Source: Takakia lepidozioides
Lineage: Eukaryota; Plantae; Bryophyta
DNA length: 64,000 nt
Direction: 5' to 3'
Assembly: GCA_030704615.1 (NCBI GenBank)
Contig: CM060733.1
Span: 58,218,001-58,282,000 of the forward strand
In this document: in pieces, positions 51,268 through 64,000 of the stretch
Layout: every line of letters starts with the position of its first letter
How positions within the stretch are numbered: position 1 is the first letter of the stretch
Notes under the pieces: generated by a model
The model's input: only the letters and a program-made list of their open reading frames with translations
Database searches by the model: none
Told to the model about the DNA's origin: nothing
Made by a program: the position numbers and the translations under genes

Positions 51268-52187
51268 GTAACAACAACGTTGGTGATATTGGCACAACCT
51301 AATTTTTTTATCAAGTATATATATATATATATATATGTCATTTGGATAATTCAAATATGATGAGACACTGTCTTTAAGAATGTTGGATTATAACGTAATA
51401 TTTTGTTGATATTTAAAGAACAATTGAATCTAATATCATGTGTGGATGTATAGTTTATAGTTTTCTAGTTTATTTGTAATACTTAGAATTTTTGTATTAT
51501 CAGATATGCAAAATATTCTGAATTAAAAAATCACAAAAACGTGACAGATCGAATTAAAATCTATTCTATAACAGCCTTATTAAATTCACCCCATTTATAA
51601 GCTGGGTGGGATTGAACTCACAGTCGCTTATAAAGGAGTTCCCATTGATCCAGAAGATGGTAAAAGTCGGGGAGCAGTTTTCAAAGAGACTTGTGTGTCA
51701 TCAACACGTGTCCTTCACGCGGAGATCTCTTAGCCAATGGTTTTTTTTTTTCCCACCATAACCCAGAGCCCCAGACCCAGATGCCAATGCAACCACCCAG
51801 AGTCCTTGTGCAGCTTTTACACTTCATTTATAAAAAAACATTCTTTCTTTCTACAGGTGTCAATCTACGTGTTACATTTTCGTGTTACACTTAACTTATG
51901 TGTTTACTACATCCACTAAATTAATTTGAAACCACGTAATTTCGTAATTTCCAGACCAAAACAATTATTTAAAAAAAATATTAAAAGAAAACACTAGGGG
52001 TTTATTTCTCGTTGGGGAGAGCTGGCGATAAATTATGGCGCCGTTCGTTCGCTAGGGCTTGCGTGTCAGTCTTGGTGACCCTGCCAGGAAAGCTCGAAGG
52101 CAAGCCAGACATAGCCTCTGCCTTGCTCCTGGTCTGACCCACCGGTAGCTTTCACCGTCATAATGCTTCTATCCACCTCTTTCGGAA

Positions 52188-52817
52188 TTGGATAATTTGA
52201 AAGAGTGGGAGAGAGGTTTGGAGATTTGGAGTTGGCTCGGTTCATACTTGAAGAGATCGGCTTCCGTTTGAGAGCTGGGGGATCTCTCAAGGACGTGGAG
52301 TCCGAGATTGGAAAGCGTTTGTAGGAATTGGAAAATCTGGATATTCCCAACCTTTGTACCCCATTCCAATCAAGATTTGGTGGGACCGTGGTTTGAGATT
52401 TTGTTTGTGCCGTGCAGTTAGAGAATGAAACAGGTTTTGAGTGTTTGAGGAACGCGGTGTTTTCTGGAAGATCTCTCACTTCGAGACCTATTTTGAGATC
52501 TGGGATATTTGAAAGAGAGGGAGAGAGGATTGGTGTTGGCTTGGTTCTACAATCTGTGGCATGCTTGAAGAAATCAAATTCTATTTGAGAGCTGGGGAAT
52601 TTCTTAAGGACGTGGAATCGGAGGTTGGAAAGCGTGTTGAGGGATTCGGAAACTCTTGATTTTTTCAACGTCTATACGCTGATTCAATCGAAATACCTGG
52701 TGTGACATCTTGTTGGTGCTGTTCAATCAGAGAATGCAACAGAGTTTGAGAGTTTGAGTGTTTGAGGAACGCCGTTTCTGGAATATCTCCCACTTTGAGA
52801 CCTACTTTGAGATCTGG
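52188..52817. repeat. Diverged ~315-bp tandem duplication upstream of the VPS23 ATG (probable 5' UTR intron)
   Basis: ATTTGAAAGAG.GGGAGAGAGG, AAGGACGTGGA and TTTGAGTGTTTGAGGAACGC blocks each occur twice, about 310-320 bp apart. Confidence 0.8.
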
Positions 52818-52875
52818 TCTGTGCTATGAGATCCCGACAGTTTTTTTGAGTGCTTGAGACTGATCACCAGGAATC

Positions 52876-54611
52876 ATGCCTTCCATGGGGCCGCCGCCAT
52901 CCCATGCTTCTATGCAGTTTCTCAATTCAGTTCTTTCCCAAAGGGGTCCGAATGCCCTCCCCTATGTGGAAGATGACAAGTGGTCTATACGCCAGCATCT
53001 CGTGACTGTCATCCAGGATTTTCCAGGCCTTCAGGTCAGAATTGTATTCATCAAATGAATTTGCATCCATCTTTCAATCCTTCAAAAGTACGAGCTGTCA
53101 TTAGTGAAGGCTTTTAACGGATTTTCTCCTTATCTCAGTTCGAGTTGATTGTGTGTTCTTAGTGGAGTGGAGACTCGCAGCGGAATCTTCCGAGTCTCCA
53201 TACCCGCCTCTCTTTTTCATCTCAACCCCATCCAAATTAGGTTTCTCTTCTCATTACGACTTATAAGGTAAATATCTTCTCGTCCCAAATCTTCTTGCAC
53301 CAGCGAAATTGGTCATTGGATCTTTGGCCACGGAAAGTTAGTCTTCGTTGAGGTTAGTTTCAAACCTTTGATCACAGGACTAACATGACTGTCATCAATA
53401 CGCCTGCAGGTGAAGACTGCTGTGTTCACACACAATGATGGGCGAAGCAGCAACCTGTTGCAAGCAGATGGAACCATCCCTATGTACTACCAGGATGTAA
53501 AATACAACATTCCTGTTACTATGTGGCTCCTGGAGGCTTATCCTCGCAATGCCCCTTTAGTTTATGTGACACCAACTCGGGATATGATAATCAAGCCACG
53601 ACATCCCTTTGTGGATGCTTCAGGAATGGCATCTGTGCCCTACTTGCAGCAATGGGTATATCCACGGTCAAACCTTGTTGAATTGGTACAAAATCTCTCT
53701 CTTCTGTTTGGCCAGGATCCGCCTCTCTACTCAAGGCCAGCTCCATCACCATCACCATCACGGCCACCTCCACCTCCTCCTCCCTTTCAAGGTATGAATC
53801 CCATGCACACGGGTGGTGCAACGGTGGCAGTCCAAACCCCACCCGCCCTGACTGCATCTTCAGGCTCTCTCTCGAACCAGCAGCAAGCACCTCCAAGACT
53901 GTCATACCCACCATACTCCCAGCTGCCCCCTTCCCCGCAGCATTTGATTCGGACTGAAGACCCCTCAGAGGTATTCAAAAGAAATGCGATGAATTCACTC
54001 ACAGACCGGCTCCATCGTGACACCACAGCGCTAATGCGAGAGCAGGAGGCAGAGATGGATGGATTATTCAATACGCAGGTACAACCATCATTTCTACTGG
54101 AATTCTGTTACTATTGACCTGCAATTATGTAGCTCATCACATGATCCAGTTTGTCTAATTCTGCCTTTGTACCCTTCAATGGCTGCAGGCACTACTAAAC
54201 CAGAGAGCTGAACAGCTTGAGAAGGGTGTGTGTGAGATGGTACAAGAGAAGGAAGCCCTGGAGCAGCAGCTACAACTGACCCTCACTAACACCAATGTAC
54301 TTGAAACGTGGCTTAATGTCAATGATAAAGGAATGACCGATATAAACATTGACGAGGTCTTTGAACCTTGTGATGTGCTCTCCAAGCAGATGCTAGAGTG
54401 CACAGCAGCTGACTTAGCAATTGAAGACATACTGTACTCGCTTGATAAGGCTGCCCAAGAAGGTGTCGTACCTGTTGAGGCCTATCTTAAGCATGTGCGG
54501 GCACTTTCCCGTGAGCAGTTCTTTTTCCGTGCTTCCACTGCCAAGGTGCGCGCTGCTCAAATGTCTTCGCAGATTGCCAGCATGGCTGCACGGGCTCCTT
54601 ATATTTCATAG
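52876..54611 (+). CDS. ELC: ESCRT-I subunit VPS23/TSG101 (ELCH-like); exons 52876-53034, 53410-54078, 54189-54611
   Basis: UEV domain (FLNSVLSQRGP.ALPY.ED.KW.IRQHL, FTHNDGR...LLQADGTIPM, YNIPV.MWL.E.YP), a Pro-rich linker, a coiled coil and the Vps23 core (DLAIEDILYSLDKA...YLKHVRALSREQFF). Confidence 0.96.
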
Positions 54612-54677
54612 CGAGACGGCTTTCTGGATGTGGTGACACAGAGAGAATGTACTCATGAGACGGTGTTTGCCATAGCC

Positions 54678-54680
<3 letters not shown>

Positions 54681-54710
<30 letters not shown>
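54681..54710. repeat. (GA)n microsatellite in the VPS23 3' region
   Basis: Direct observation. Confidence 0.9.
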
Positions 54711-54712
<2 letters not shown>

Positions 54713-56205
54713 TTTGATAGTGAACCCCTCATAGAGCATGAGGTTTGGGGGATTCTAAGCTTTCAAAGTCGTTAGCATGTGGGTTGGGGCAGTTGTTGCC
54801 TCTAGGTAGGCTTTTTGGTTTATCAGAGTAGGAGGGAGTGAAGTTCTTTTTCAACCGACAGGGAAGAGATCGGTCTGCTGTGTGGAGGAGTGGAAGTTGG
54901 GCTCAAGCCTATTGGGCGTGGTGAAGATGAGTTATTGCTCATCCCCTCCCCCTTCTCATTTCCAAGCTTCCAAGTTGCTTTGGATGTCTCTTGGCAGCAT
55001 GCCAGGAGCTTTCTTCTAGTTGTTTCAGTTAGTGGCATCATCAACCGTTTCAACATAGGGATCACAATTGTATACTGATTAGTTGGAGGGAGAGAATGGA
55101 GCATGTACGAATTAGATTTTGCATGCAGTAGCTTGGTACACAGCTTGGAGTGGCACACAGAGAGATTTTTTCAGTATATGCACTTCAGAAAAGGAGGGCC
55201 AATTGGCCCCACCTCCGTGTAAATAACAGTGGTCTCTGAGGGTACAGCTTTGTCTTCCAAGAATTGAGTAGGCTGTTGGTCTGGGCTGCTTCAATGGCTT
55301 GCCTGTGTGAAGACAGACTTGGTTGTATGTGTGCTGAAAGGTTTTAAGGGCACCGAAGGGCACAGAAGTAAACGGGAGGAAAACCTTGTCCAGTTGGGGT
55401 GCAAAAGATTTTCCGAAGGTCGTATCTGAGAAATTGAACCTCTTTTCTCTGTTGACCTTATGCATGGAAACAAATGCTTTCAGGCCTTCATATCTGTGCA
55501 AGTATGTTCCCAAGAATGGACAGGTGAAAAGAAAGAGTGATACCAGTAGGAGCCAGCACAGGATAGACTACTGCCTTTTTGACCTGTTCATGCTATTTTA
55601 AAGTGAAGGTAGGGGTTACATGGACGGATCAACCCATTGTCATGCAGCTGGCACTGTGTCTACCATGTTTTGCAACCTCCAACTGAGGATAAGATGTCCA
55701 TGGATTAAAGAACCAGCTTTCCTGTGTGCATACTCCTGATGTGTGTACGTGATCCTTATGTGAGGCCATGGAAAAACTGGTAGTAATGCTTATGACTCAC
55801 TTTACCCTGGTGGCCCTACGTACAGACCCAGTAGTTAAAATCCAGTGTTGAAGAAGTTGCATAGTGTGGGCACTGATACTATGTCCCTTTTTGTGTATGA
55901 AAGAAAGAGGCCGGAAGATTGAACCTGACACAAGGGAATGTGTGGACACCAAAAATATGTGTAAGGGTAGTGAGCTTCACTCAATTGCAGACTTGCTGAA
56001 TCTTTTCTGGAATGTACACTATTATACAACATTACTCCGAAGAATATGATCAAAAACTGTGAACGTAAGTAACTCAATTCTACATCTACATGACTGACTC
56101 GCTGCGTACTAACTGTGTGCTCGAGGGTAGCAGTGAAGATACCCTTCTCCGTGCACTTCATATATTGTTCCACGACGGTTTGTAGGGACTGATCGCATCT
56201 CTTGT

Positions 56206-57867
56206 TTAAGTATGTGGATATCTCTGATCTAGAGTAGTGCATATGGGCGCTCCGGTTGGAGACAGACCCTGAAGCTCATTACTTGCTCCAATCTTGTTGC
56301 CGTTTGTAATATTGATAGCCATAATCTCCTCGTCGCTATCGTTTTCACCAGACATGTCTTCCAACGTTCTCTGATTTGTTTCAGGCACAAGGAAAGTGCA
56401 GAAGAACCCCAACGCATTGCAAGCTGCCAATATAGCTAACGAATTTCGGACACCAATGCCCTTGCCATATCCAGGTGGACGGTGGTCACGAGAAGGATCC
56501 TGAGCAGCGAACAGGAAAATCAAAGCCCCCGCAATGGCCCCAGCTTTTCCAGCTGCTGCAGATATTCCGTGGCAAGTAGATCGCAACCTAGCAGGGAACA
56601 ACTCAGCCGGAATGATGAAGGTCGTGCTGTTTGGTCCAAAGTTCGAGAAAAAAAAGGTGAACGCATAGAGGATCACAAAACCAATGCTGTTTTTACTTTT
56701 CCAGTAATTGTAGGGGATTGTGAGAGCGACCATGAAGATAGTCATGAATGCAAAGCCTTGCAACTGGATGGCGAATCTGCCTACTCGGTCAACCCAAAAC
56801 ACTGTGAACCAGTAGCCTGGCACAGTTGAGCAGAGCGCAAGGAGACACTGCGCGCGTGCGATTTTGAACACCTCCTCCAAAGCACTCATACCCGCTCGTG
56901 ATGGAAGCCAGTGGACACCCGTGAACACATCCTTTTGAAACAGATTAGAGCTGTAGAATGCAATGTCAACTAAAAACCAGCAGGATGCAGTACCCAGGAG
57001 GTGAATGCCGTGCTTGCGTACAAACTCTCTTGAGAACAGCATGTACTGTTGTTTTCTTGAGATGTTGGCATCTTCACCTTTGAATTGAATCTGCAAGACT
57101 GTACTCATGTTCTTGGCCGCTAGCTTCACGTCTCCCTTCACTAAGGCTGTGTAACGTGCAGTCTCTGGCATCTTCATTCGGTAGTAGAGCGTGAATGTTG
57201 CCGGTATTGTTCCCACACCCAGGATTATGCGCCAGACCCAATCTGATTCCTGAGGGGTGGATCCATTTCGATCCACTTCGTAAGCTTTACTAGGATAGAG
57301 ACTTTTAAAGGATGCCGAGACAATCATTGCCACTCCGCCCCCGCAAAGTATTCCAAACCCCTGCATTGCAAAAACTGCAGCGATAAACGCCCCACGGGTC
57401 CGCGTGTTGGCATACTCAGACATGATGGTGGCCGAGAGAGGGTAGTCACCGCCAATCCCAAAGCCCAGCCAAAACCGAAAGAAGCAAAGGCTGACCATGA
57501 CAGCCTTGGGTGTGTGACCGAACGACAGGGCTGAGCCTAGTGAACATACGATCATCAACAGAAGTGTGATCCCATAGACTCTCTTTCGCCCGAGCTTGTC
57601 TCCGAGCCACCCAAAGAACAGTTGTCCAGCCAGAGTCCCGGACAAGGCCACAACAATTACGGAAGCATTCACGATGGGCGGCAAGACTCCAGGTTCAGAG
57701 CTCTGTAGGTTGGGGTAGTAGATCCTCCCCAGCAAGTTTGTGACAGTCGAGATGCAGAACAGGTCGTATGCATCCGTGAAGAAGCCCATGCCAGCAATGA
57801 TGATAGCAGTAAAATGATACCATTGTGTTCTAGCCTTATCCAAAGATGCTAGCACCTCGAGAGCCAT
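56206..57867 (-). CDS. PHT1: PHT1-family H+/phosphate symporter (MFS), intronless, 553 aa
   Basis: [23 protein letters not shown], the signature [13 protein letters not shown] and [33 protein letters not shown]. Confidence 0.98.
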   Translation of the reverse strand: MALEVLASLDKARTQWYHFTAIIIAGMGFFTDAYDLFCISTVTNLLGRIYYPNLQSSEPGVLPPIVNASVIVVALSGTLAGQLFFGWLGDKLGRKRVYGITLLLMIVCSLGSALSFGHTPKAVMVSLCFFRFWLGFGIGGDYPLSATIMSEYANTRTRGAFIAAVFAMQGFGILCGGGVAMIVSASFKSLYPSKAYEVDRNGSTPQESDWVWRIILGVGTIPATFTLYYRMKMPETARYTALVKGDVKLAAKNMSTVLQIQFKGEDANISRKQQYMLFSREFVRKHGIHLLGTASCWFLVDIAFYSSNLFQKDVFTGVHWLPSRAGMSALEEVFKIARAQCLLALCSTVPGYWFTVFWVDRVGRFAIQLQGFAFMTIFMVALTIPYNYWKSKNSIGFVILYAFTFFFSNFGPNSTTFIIPAELFPARLRSTCHGISAAAGKAGAIAGALIFLFAAQDPSRDHRPPGYGKGIGVRNSLAILAACNALGFFCTFLVPETNQRTLEDMSGENDSDEEIMAINITNGNKIGASNELQGLSPTGAPICTTLDQRYPHT

Positions 57868-58590
57868 TTAGCTTCAGGTTTATGTCTCACCTACAAGAAA
57901 ATCAATCCAGGCTTTCTCCCAGAGTTTCTCCCATCAGTACACAACGAAATGGACTTCCTCAGAATGCTACATGACGGTCCGTCATTCCAGGCCTTCTTAA
58001 CCAGCACCAGCATGCAGTTGCCTTATGATGATCTTGTACTCTCGCAGGTTCTAATGTCTCACGGCCCGATTGAAGACAGTTTCTAGAGGTCGCATGGAAC
58101 TGATGTAGACTACAGATCAAGTAAACTTCTTCCTCCTCAAAACATGATTGCAAGCATCCAACCAAGACACCACAGCTCATCACCATGTTAGTGTGGGCCA
58201 CGCACCCTTCACCGATCTCATAAACTTGAGGCCACTTTCACAATAAACAAGATACAGGAGATCCAACTCATACCTTGTGCCATTCCCAACGAAGATAACC
58301 CATTTGCTGTGAATGCTTCCAGATCAGAGCAGCAAAGTGGAGCGCAGAAGAAACTACTTAAGTTAGTTGTGGTCGGCAGATGGGCTCGTGGGTCTCGCCT
58401 CAACCAAGCGACGACTGTCGGTAGTTGAATCCGAGAAAGGTGATGAAATTTTTCTATTTCCCAGGAAATTCTACGTGTAACAGTCGCGACGGCCTGGGCC
58501 GGAAGGCCAATTCTTAGAAGATACTCCACCGAGGGGTGGAATAGCTCTCTGCTACATGTCAGCTCCAAAATGGTTGCCGCCCTTCTTAAT

Positions 58591-59306
58591 GGATATGCTT
58601 AGTAGTATTCATCTGGAAAATGCAAATAAACACGCAATCAAAAAACAAAAGAAAATACCCAAGTAAATAAATTGAAGCTCCCACAAAGTCCTACTACTTC
58701 TGATTTTAGCCATCCATTGGTCTGATCATTCCGAGGAGATCGTCCAAAGTATCTAGTGATGCCAACAAAATTTGCGGAAAGATGTCGTGTTGTATGTTGT
58801 ATTCTACTAAGGTCGACTATGAGTCACTTGGAAGTTGGCACTCTCCAAACAGTGCTATAATGATTTTTTTATTTTTTTATTTTTTGCAAAATGAATCCCT
58901 AAACTTTATTTGAAATTTGAATGGGGAAAAATATGATTTTAATTGTTGGCATATTAGGTTTTTATTGGTTAATAAGTATGCAGCAGCCTTACACATCGTA
59001 AGGAACTTTCAGCTTTTCCCCCTGGAAGGAAACCGGTGAGCTAAATAACCTGTGAATCCACCGTCCAAGGCTGTCGCAGTGTCCTATAATCTACGCGTCA
59101 GGCTGGCCAGTGCATTACTGACGTGGCAGGGGTGGAAGTTCCCTATGCGTGTTCTTCACGTACAGGAGCCTCCTCGTGTCTGGGATTACCTACACCCCAT
59201 CCCCACTCGGCTATCGCCTATGTGGTCAGGTTCATTTTGGCAATCCTCTCCACTAAGAGGCTTATTGTACACGTAAAGAATATTCTAGGCAAATAATAGA
59301 ATATCC
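58591..59306. promoter_or_regulatory. Three P1BS (GNATATNC, PHR-binding) boxes upstream of PHT1
   Basis: GGATATGC 58591-58598, GAATATTC 59278-59285 and GAATATCC 59299-59306. Confidence 0.65.
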
Positions 59307-59964
59307 AATGCAACTGAATTGTCCAAACGTGTAAAGACTAGGTAGCTGGGGAGGGGAGAGGGTGTATCCGGACACCAAGAGTGCCGAGACGCGATAGCGT
59401 CGAGAGATTCCCTAATGTCGGCTACACCTCATAGCCAGCCAAGCTTCCCTGTCTACCGGACATAAGCGAGGTTTTTGGACGTATTGGACATATAGTGCTG
59501 TAGTAGTTGGCTATGGTGGGTGCCAAGCTGTCCAGGACAAATTAAACGTTGCCAAGTAGGCAAAATGCCTCCAAACCTTGGTTATGTAAAGAGAGAGAAG
59601 ACTCCGGCCAAAGCCGGCATAACTAAGAGTCACTTGACCTTGTGACTACTGCTCCGTTTCGGGGGTGGGCATCTCGGTTATGTAGCATATATTCAACAAA
59701 TCCTTGCCGTATAGACAGCATCAAACGAATGTTGGGCCTACCATCTGGCAACTCCAAAGTTGTGTCATCACAACATGAGCTCACGCAAGTAGAAGAAAAC
59801 ACACTCACACAACCATGGTTGTAGGGGTAATATGTTTGCAAACATAACTACAAGTGATAATCAATAGGGTCAATTACTTGGTCTATAATGAATGTATTTA
59901 TATTCCTACTTTTTAATAAACAGATAGATTTTACTTGGATATATTTGTAGGAAAATAAACTTAA

Positions 59965-60832
59965 CCCTTAACTGCCTATGGGACCCGAAACCGGTCGTTG
60001 TGTGAAAAAAGCCCGCCATTTGTTCAGATTTTTAAATTATTATTTTTCTTTTTTTGACAATTATGTTTCTGGTCAGATGGCCCACCTGCTCGCGTTGAAT
60101 GCCTTCAATTCGGATAAAAGCACCACCCTGCAGGATTTTTGGAAATCCATGGGGCATGGGGCCATGCAGAGTTGACCATCTGCGTGGCCTCTTCCCATTG
60201 GGCATGCACAACCGGGCTGAGACGCTGTAGATAATTCCCAGCCTAAATGGTTCGGAACTTGCTGCTCTCACTTTTGAACTTTTTAGTTATTCCACCATTG
60301 GATTGTTTGGAAATTTGGCATGCATGTTATGTGGAGTGCATACAACATTGTGGCGGCCGCGGCGATTTCCAAAATACATTTTTTTTCTTGGTCCTAAATT
60401 TTCGGTACGTCCATTTTGAAGTTCAAGCATATTCATTGCTTTTGAAACCTCACCCACTTCATGTACAAAGGGGCCTTTACAAAATTTGGGAATTTTGCCT
60501 TCAAATTTTCTCAAGACCCCTGTAACAAGTTTAGAAATGTGGATATGTCACTTTCGTAGACAGCAAAAATCAACCCGTCAGTCAATTTCTTTGGTCAAAA
60601 CCAAAAAAACAAAAACAAAAACTTGGAAAAACAATCTCTCGTACTAAAACATTATAATCTTTACAATGGTGAAATTCTCCAAGATTAGGTCTGTGGATGT
60701 ATGTAGTAGGTAGATTCACTTTTATAAGGTTCACTTTTCTGGATGTAAATAGATAGGTAAGTAGACTAGCTCTACTAGGTAGAGATTAATAGATCTTGAT
60801 AAAAAATAAAGCTATCTACAAGCAGTTAAGGG
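59965..60832. mobile_element. piggyBac-like non-autonomous element
   Basis: TTAA|CCCTTAACTGC ... GCAGTTAAGGG|TTAA: 11-bp perfect TIR starting CCC, with a TTAA TSD. Confidence 0.75.
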
Positions 60833-62589
60833 TTAAGCCCCACATCATGCCAAGGCATATAATTTTTTAAAAAGAATTAATAGTTAATTGATACTTTTAG
60901 TATTATAATATCATAAACGACAGCATTTTGCCAGCAAATCATAAAGATTACTCAAATATGTCACATTTATTTTAGGTTGTGGAGAGTTTTGATGGCGGAG
61001 TTTCCGGGTGGACATCGAATCATGCAAAGAAATCAGAGTAGGATTGTTCTCACGTGAGCTCAAATTTCAACAGTTCCGCAAATATTTAGCATGAGCACAT
61101 TTTTACATTTTTTCTGGATATTCCTAGAATATGTTAAAATATCTTTTACTGCTCACTCTGCTACTCTATTATCCAACCTTGCAACTCATAAAACGGTGTT
61201 TGCACACGTAGAAAATTTAAAGATAGTTTTAGATGAGTATAATACTATAAATTCTTTTGAAGCTAAATATACATGAAAGATGAATGATTTTGGATACACC
61301 TATGATGACAGTGGCGAGTACGGTAGTTTGTACAATAGAATAAATTTCTGATAACATTCTGTTCTTTCTTTTTGTCTTTAAGTAACTAAATGTGGTAAAC
61401 TTATAAATGATATATATATGTATATATATATTGGGAGGGGGGGGTTTGAAAAAGGGGAGGAAGCTCTCGCAATTTTTTTCCTTGCAATATAAAGTTCACA
61501 ATTATAATTAAAGACACTTACTTTAAATAATAACAAATAAATAAATAAACATATTGTATCAATGAGAACAAATAATTGAACTCCTTATCACTAGGGAAGG
61601 AGCAAGTCGTAAGGATTATGAGGTGTAGATGTCCCCAACTGGACTCAATGCCTCTACAAAAGGAGGGATTTGTTTTGTTTTTTTTTAATGACAGGGGACA
61701 GTGGCCCTAAGATTAATTTTATTTGGGATTATTGGAGGGGGAAAAAAAGAGGGAAAAAAGTTTTGCAACAAATAAATATAACATAACTTTAGTTTCTATA
61801 AAATAGTAGTGAGTACAAATAATGTAATAGACATAAAGATGGCAACCTTGATAATGGTATGTAATGAACCTCTCATCTTTTGTCAATATATCTATGACCC
61901 CACCTGTCACCAATTGTTAGTAGCTACTAGCCAATAGCCTAGCCAGATTTGAGACCAAGGTGGTTAACCATAATATGCCCACGCTAGGAAGAAGCACCAA
62001 CACCTCTCAATGTTAACCCTAAGATCAGTATCCAACGTTACAACTCATAGCACCTAAACATACATGTCAATAGAATCAAACAGTGTTATGTGAGTATCAT
62101 CTATATAACACAGTATATCGTACATATGTCATATGGCTTAGGAGTAGAAGTACAATTGTGATGGATATGGAATGATAACATAATATCGTATATTATAGGA
62201 ATGAAGTTATTTTTTTTTTAAGGAATTATTTGAGACAAAAATATATTATAGATTGGAAATTGAAAACTAACATATATACCAAAAAGTTTTTTTAAAAAAT
62301 CAAATCTTAGTTTACTAATATTTAGATTGTAATTTATACATCAGAAATTTATCCTTTATTTAGAAGGATAAGATACATGAAAAACTAAAAAACTGATTTA
62401 AGGGTTGTCCGAATGATTCATAAGTTAGGTGGAAACAAGTGGCACGTCGTCGCGTAATGGCTCCTCCCCTAGTAGATGAAATATATTGATAGCAAGGAAT
62501 ATACTTAGGTAATTTGAAACAAAAAATAAATATGTATTCGTGGGTCCGTCCAAGCAAATATTAGATATGTTATATTGGATATTGGGCGT

Positions 62590-64000
62590 GCATATTGCCA
62601 GAACATCGACCTTATGATTGTGCAATTGAGTTACAAGAAAGAGCCCAACCACCATGCGGCCCAATCTATAACTTATCCCAGACGGAGTTGGCTGCGTTAC
62701 ATGAATACATTGATAAAAATTTGTCGAAGCACTTCATCCGACATTCAAAATCACCCGCGAGGACGTCTATCTTGTTTCTAAAAAAGAATGATGGATCATT
62801 ACACATGTGTGTCAACTATCGCGGTCTCAACAAAGTCACAATCAAGAATCATTATCCGTTGCCGCTGATTTCTGGGCTTCTCGACCAGCTGGGACGAGCA
62901 AAGATTTTCACCAAAATCGACTTGAGATGAGCTTATAATCTTGTATGGATAAAAGAAGGAGACGAATGGAAAACAGCTTTCCGAACAAGGTATGGACATT
63001 TTGAATACAGTGTTATGCCTTTCGGACTTACAAATGCTCCAGCAATTTTCCAACATATGATGAATGACATCTTTCGAGAATTTTTAGATGACTACAAAGT
63101 CATCTATTTGGACGATATTTTGATATTTTCACAGAATGAAGAAGAACATGGCCGCCATGTACACCTTTTCCTTGATAAATTAAGAGAAAAATGACTAAAT
63201 GTCAAGTTGGAGAAATGTCTTTTCCATCAATCTGAGGTCGAATTTCTGGGCTACATTATTTCCGACAAATGCTTCTTTATGGATCAGAAGAAAATACAAA
63301 CCATCATCGAGTGGATTAAACCAACTTCGGTCTGAGATGTACAATGTTTTCTGGGCTTTGCAAATTTCTATAGAATCTTTATCAATGACTACTCCAAAAT
63401 TGCTGCACCATTGACACGACTCACAGAGAATGACAAAATTTGTATGGGACGAGAAGGCTGAACAGACATTTGAAAGGTTGAAGCAGACATATACAATGGC
63501 TCCCATACTGGTACATGCAAACCCATCTAAACCATTCTTCTTAGAAGCAGATACATCGGACTTTACACTTGGCGCGGTACTCTCTCAATACGGTACAGAT
63601 GGCCGACTCCACCCTGTTGGTTTTCGTTCTCGCAAATTTTCCGCTGCGGAGATTAATTATGAAATCCATGACAAATAACTTCTAGCGATTATCGATGCTT
63701 TTGAGGAGTGGTTACATCTATTGGAGGGAGCTAAACATCAGGTCACTGTCTATACTGATCACAAAAACCTCGAATATTTTATGAGTGCTCGTGTTTTGAA
63801 TCGACATCAAGCGAGATGGAGTATGTCACTAGCAATGTTTGATTTTGTTATTACCTACCGTCCCGGACATCTTCAAGGAAAACCAGATGCTCTCTCTCGA
63901 CGATCGTATCTTACGCCAAAAGAAGGGGATGCAGCTTTTGACCAACAAAAATCCATCATCCTGAAACCAGCAAATGCTATTCATGTCCACCTGTGACGAT
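62590..64000 (+). mobile_element. Degenerate Ty3/gypsy pol (RT-RNase H), chromovirus-like; runs off the window
   Basis: [73 protein letters not shown] and GKPDALSRR; several stops and frameshifts. Confidence 0.95.

Noticed and set aside
50371-51360. PEPEP/GTGTG-rich ORFs
   Set aside because: Translations of the GGAACC subterminal repeats of the hAT MITE.
52066-52668. 200-aa minus-strand ORF
   Set aside because: Antisense to the VPS23 5' region; its internal repetition is explained by the DNA duplication and it has no recognisable domain.
62440-62475. Helitron 3' end (hairpin plus CTAG)
   Set aside because: The hairpin is too degenerate and no matching 5' end could be assigned.

Overview
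Eukaryotic nuclear DNA from a land plant, probably a non-seed plant such as a moss or other bryophyte (inferred from TTTAGGG repeats, intron-rich genes and the transposon types). Five intact host genes can be rebuilt from splice sites: chloroplast PNPase (-, ~21 exons), a head-to-head GDPD4-type glycerophosphodiester phosphodiesterase (+), a GA-oxidase-like 2OG/Fe(II) dioxygenase (+), ESCRT-I VPS23/ELC (+) and an intronless PHT1 phosphate transporter (-) with upstream P1BS boxes. Between them lie heavily nested transposon remnants: a pogo-type transposase, a PIF1 helicase fused to an AP-endonuclease-like domain (Helentron-like) split by ~5.9 kb carrying a Crinkler-like NTPase fragment and a MULE transposase, Ty3/gypsy fragments, four hAT MITEs with GTAnnnAC-type TSDs, MULE and pogo/mariner MITEs, a TTAA/piggyBac-like MITE, a tRNA-derived SINE and LINE-like tails. 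The most unusual structure is an intron-confined array of about 12-16 copies of a 26-bp palindrome (AGTGATGGTCGGTACCGACCATCACT) inside an unidentified TE-like gene. All calls come from reading the sequence; no database searches were run.
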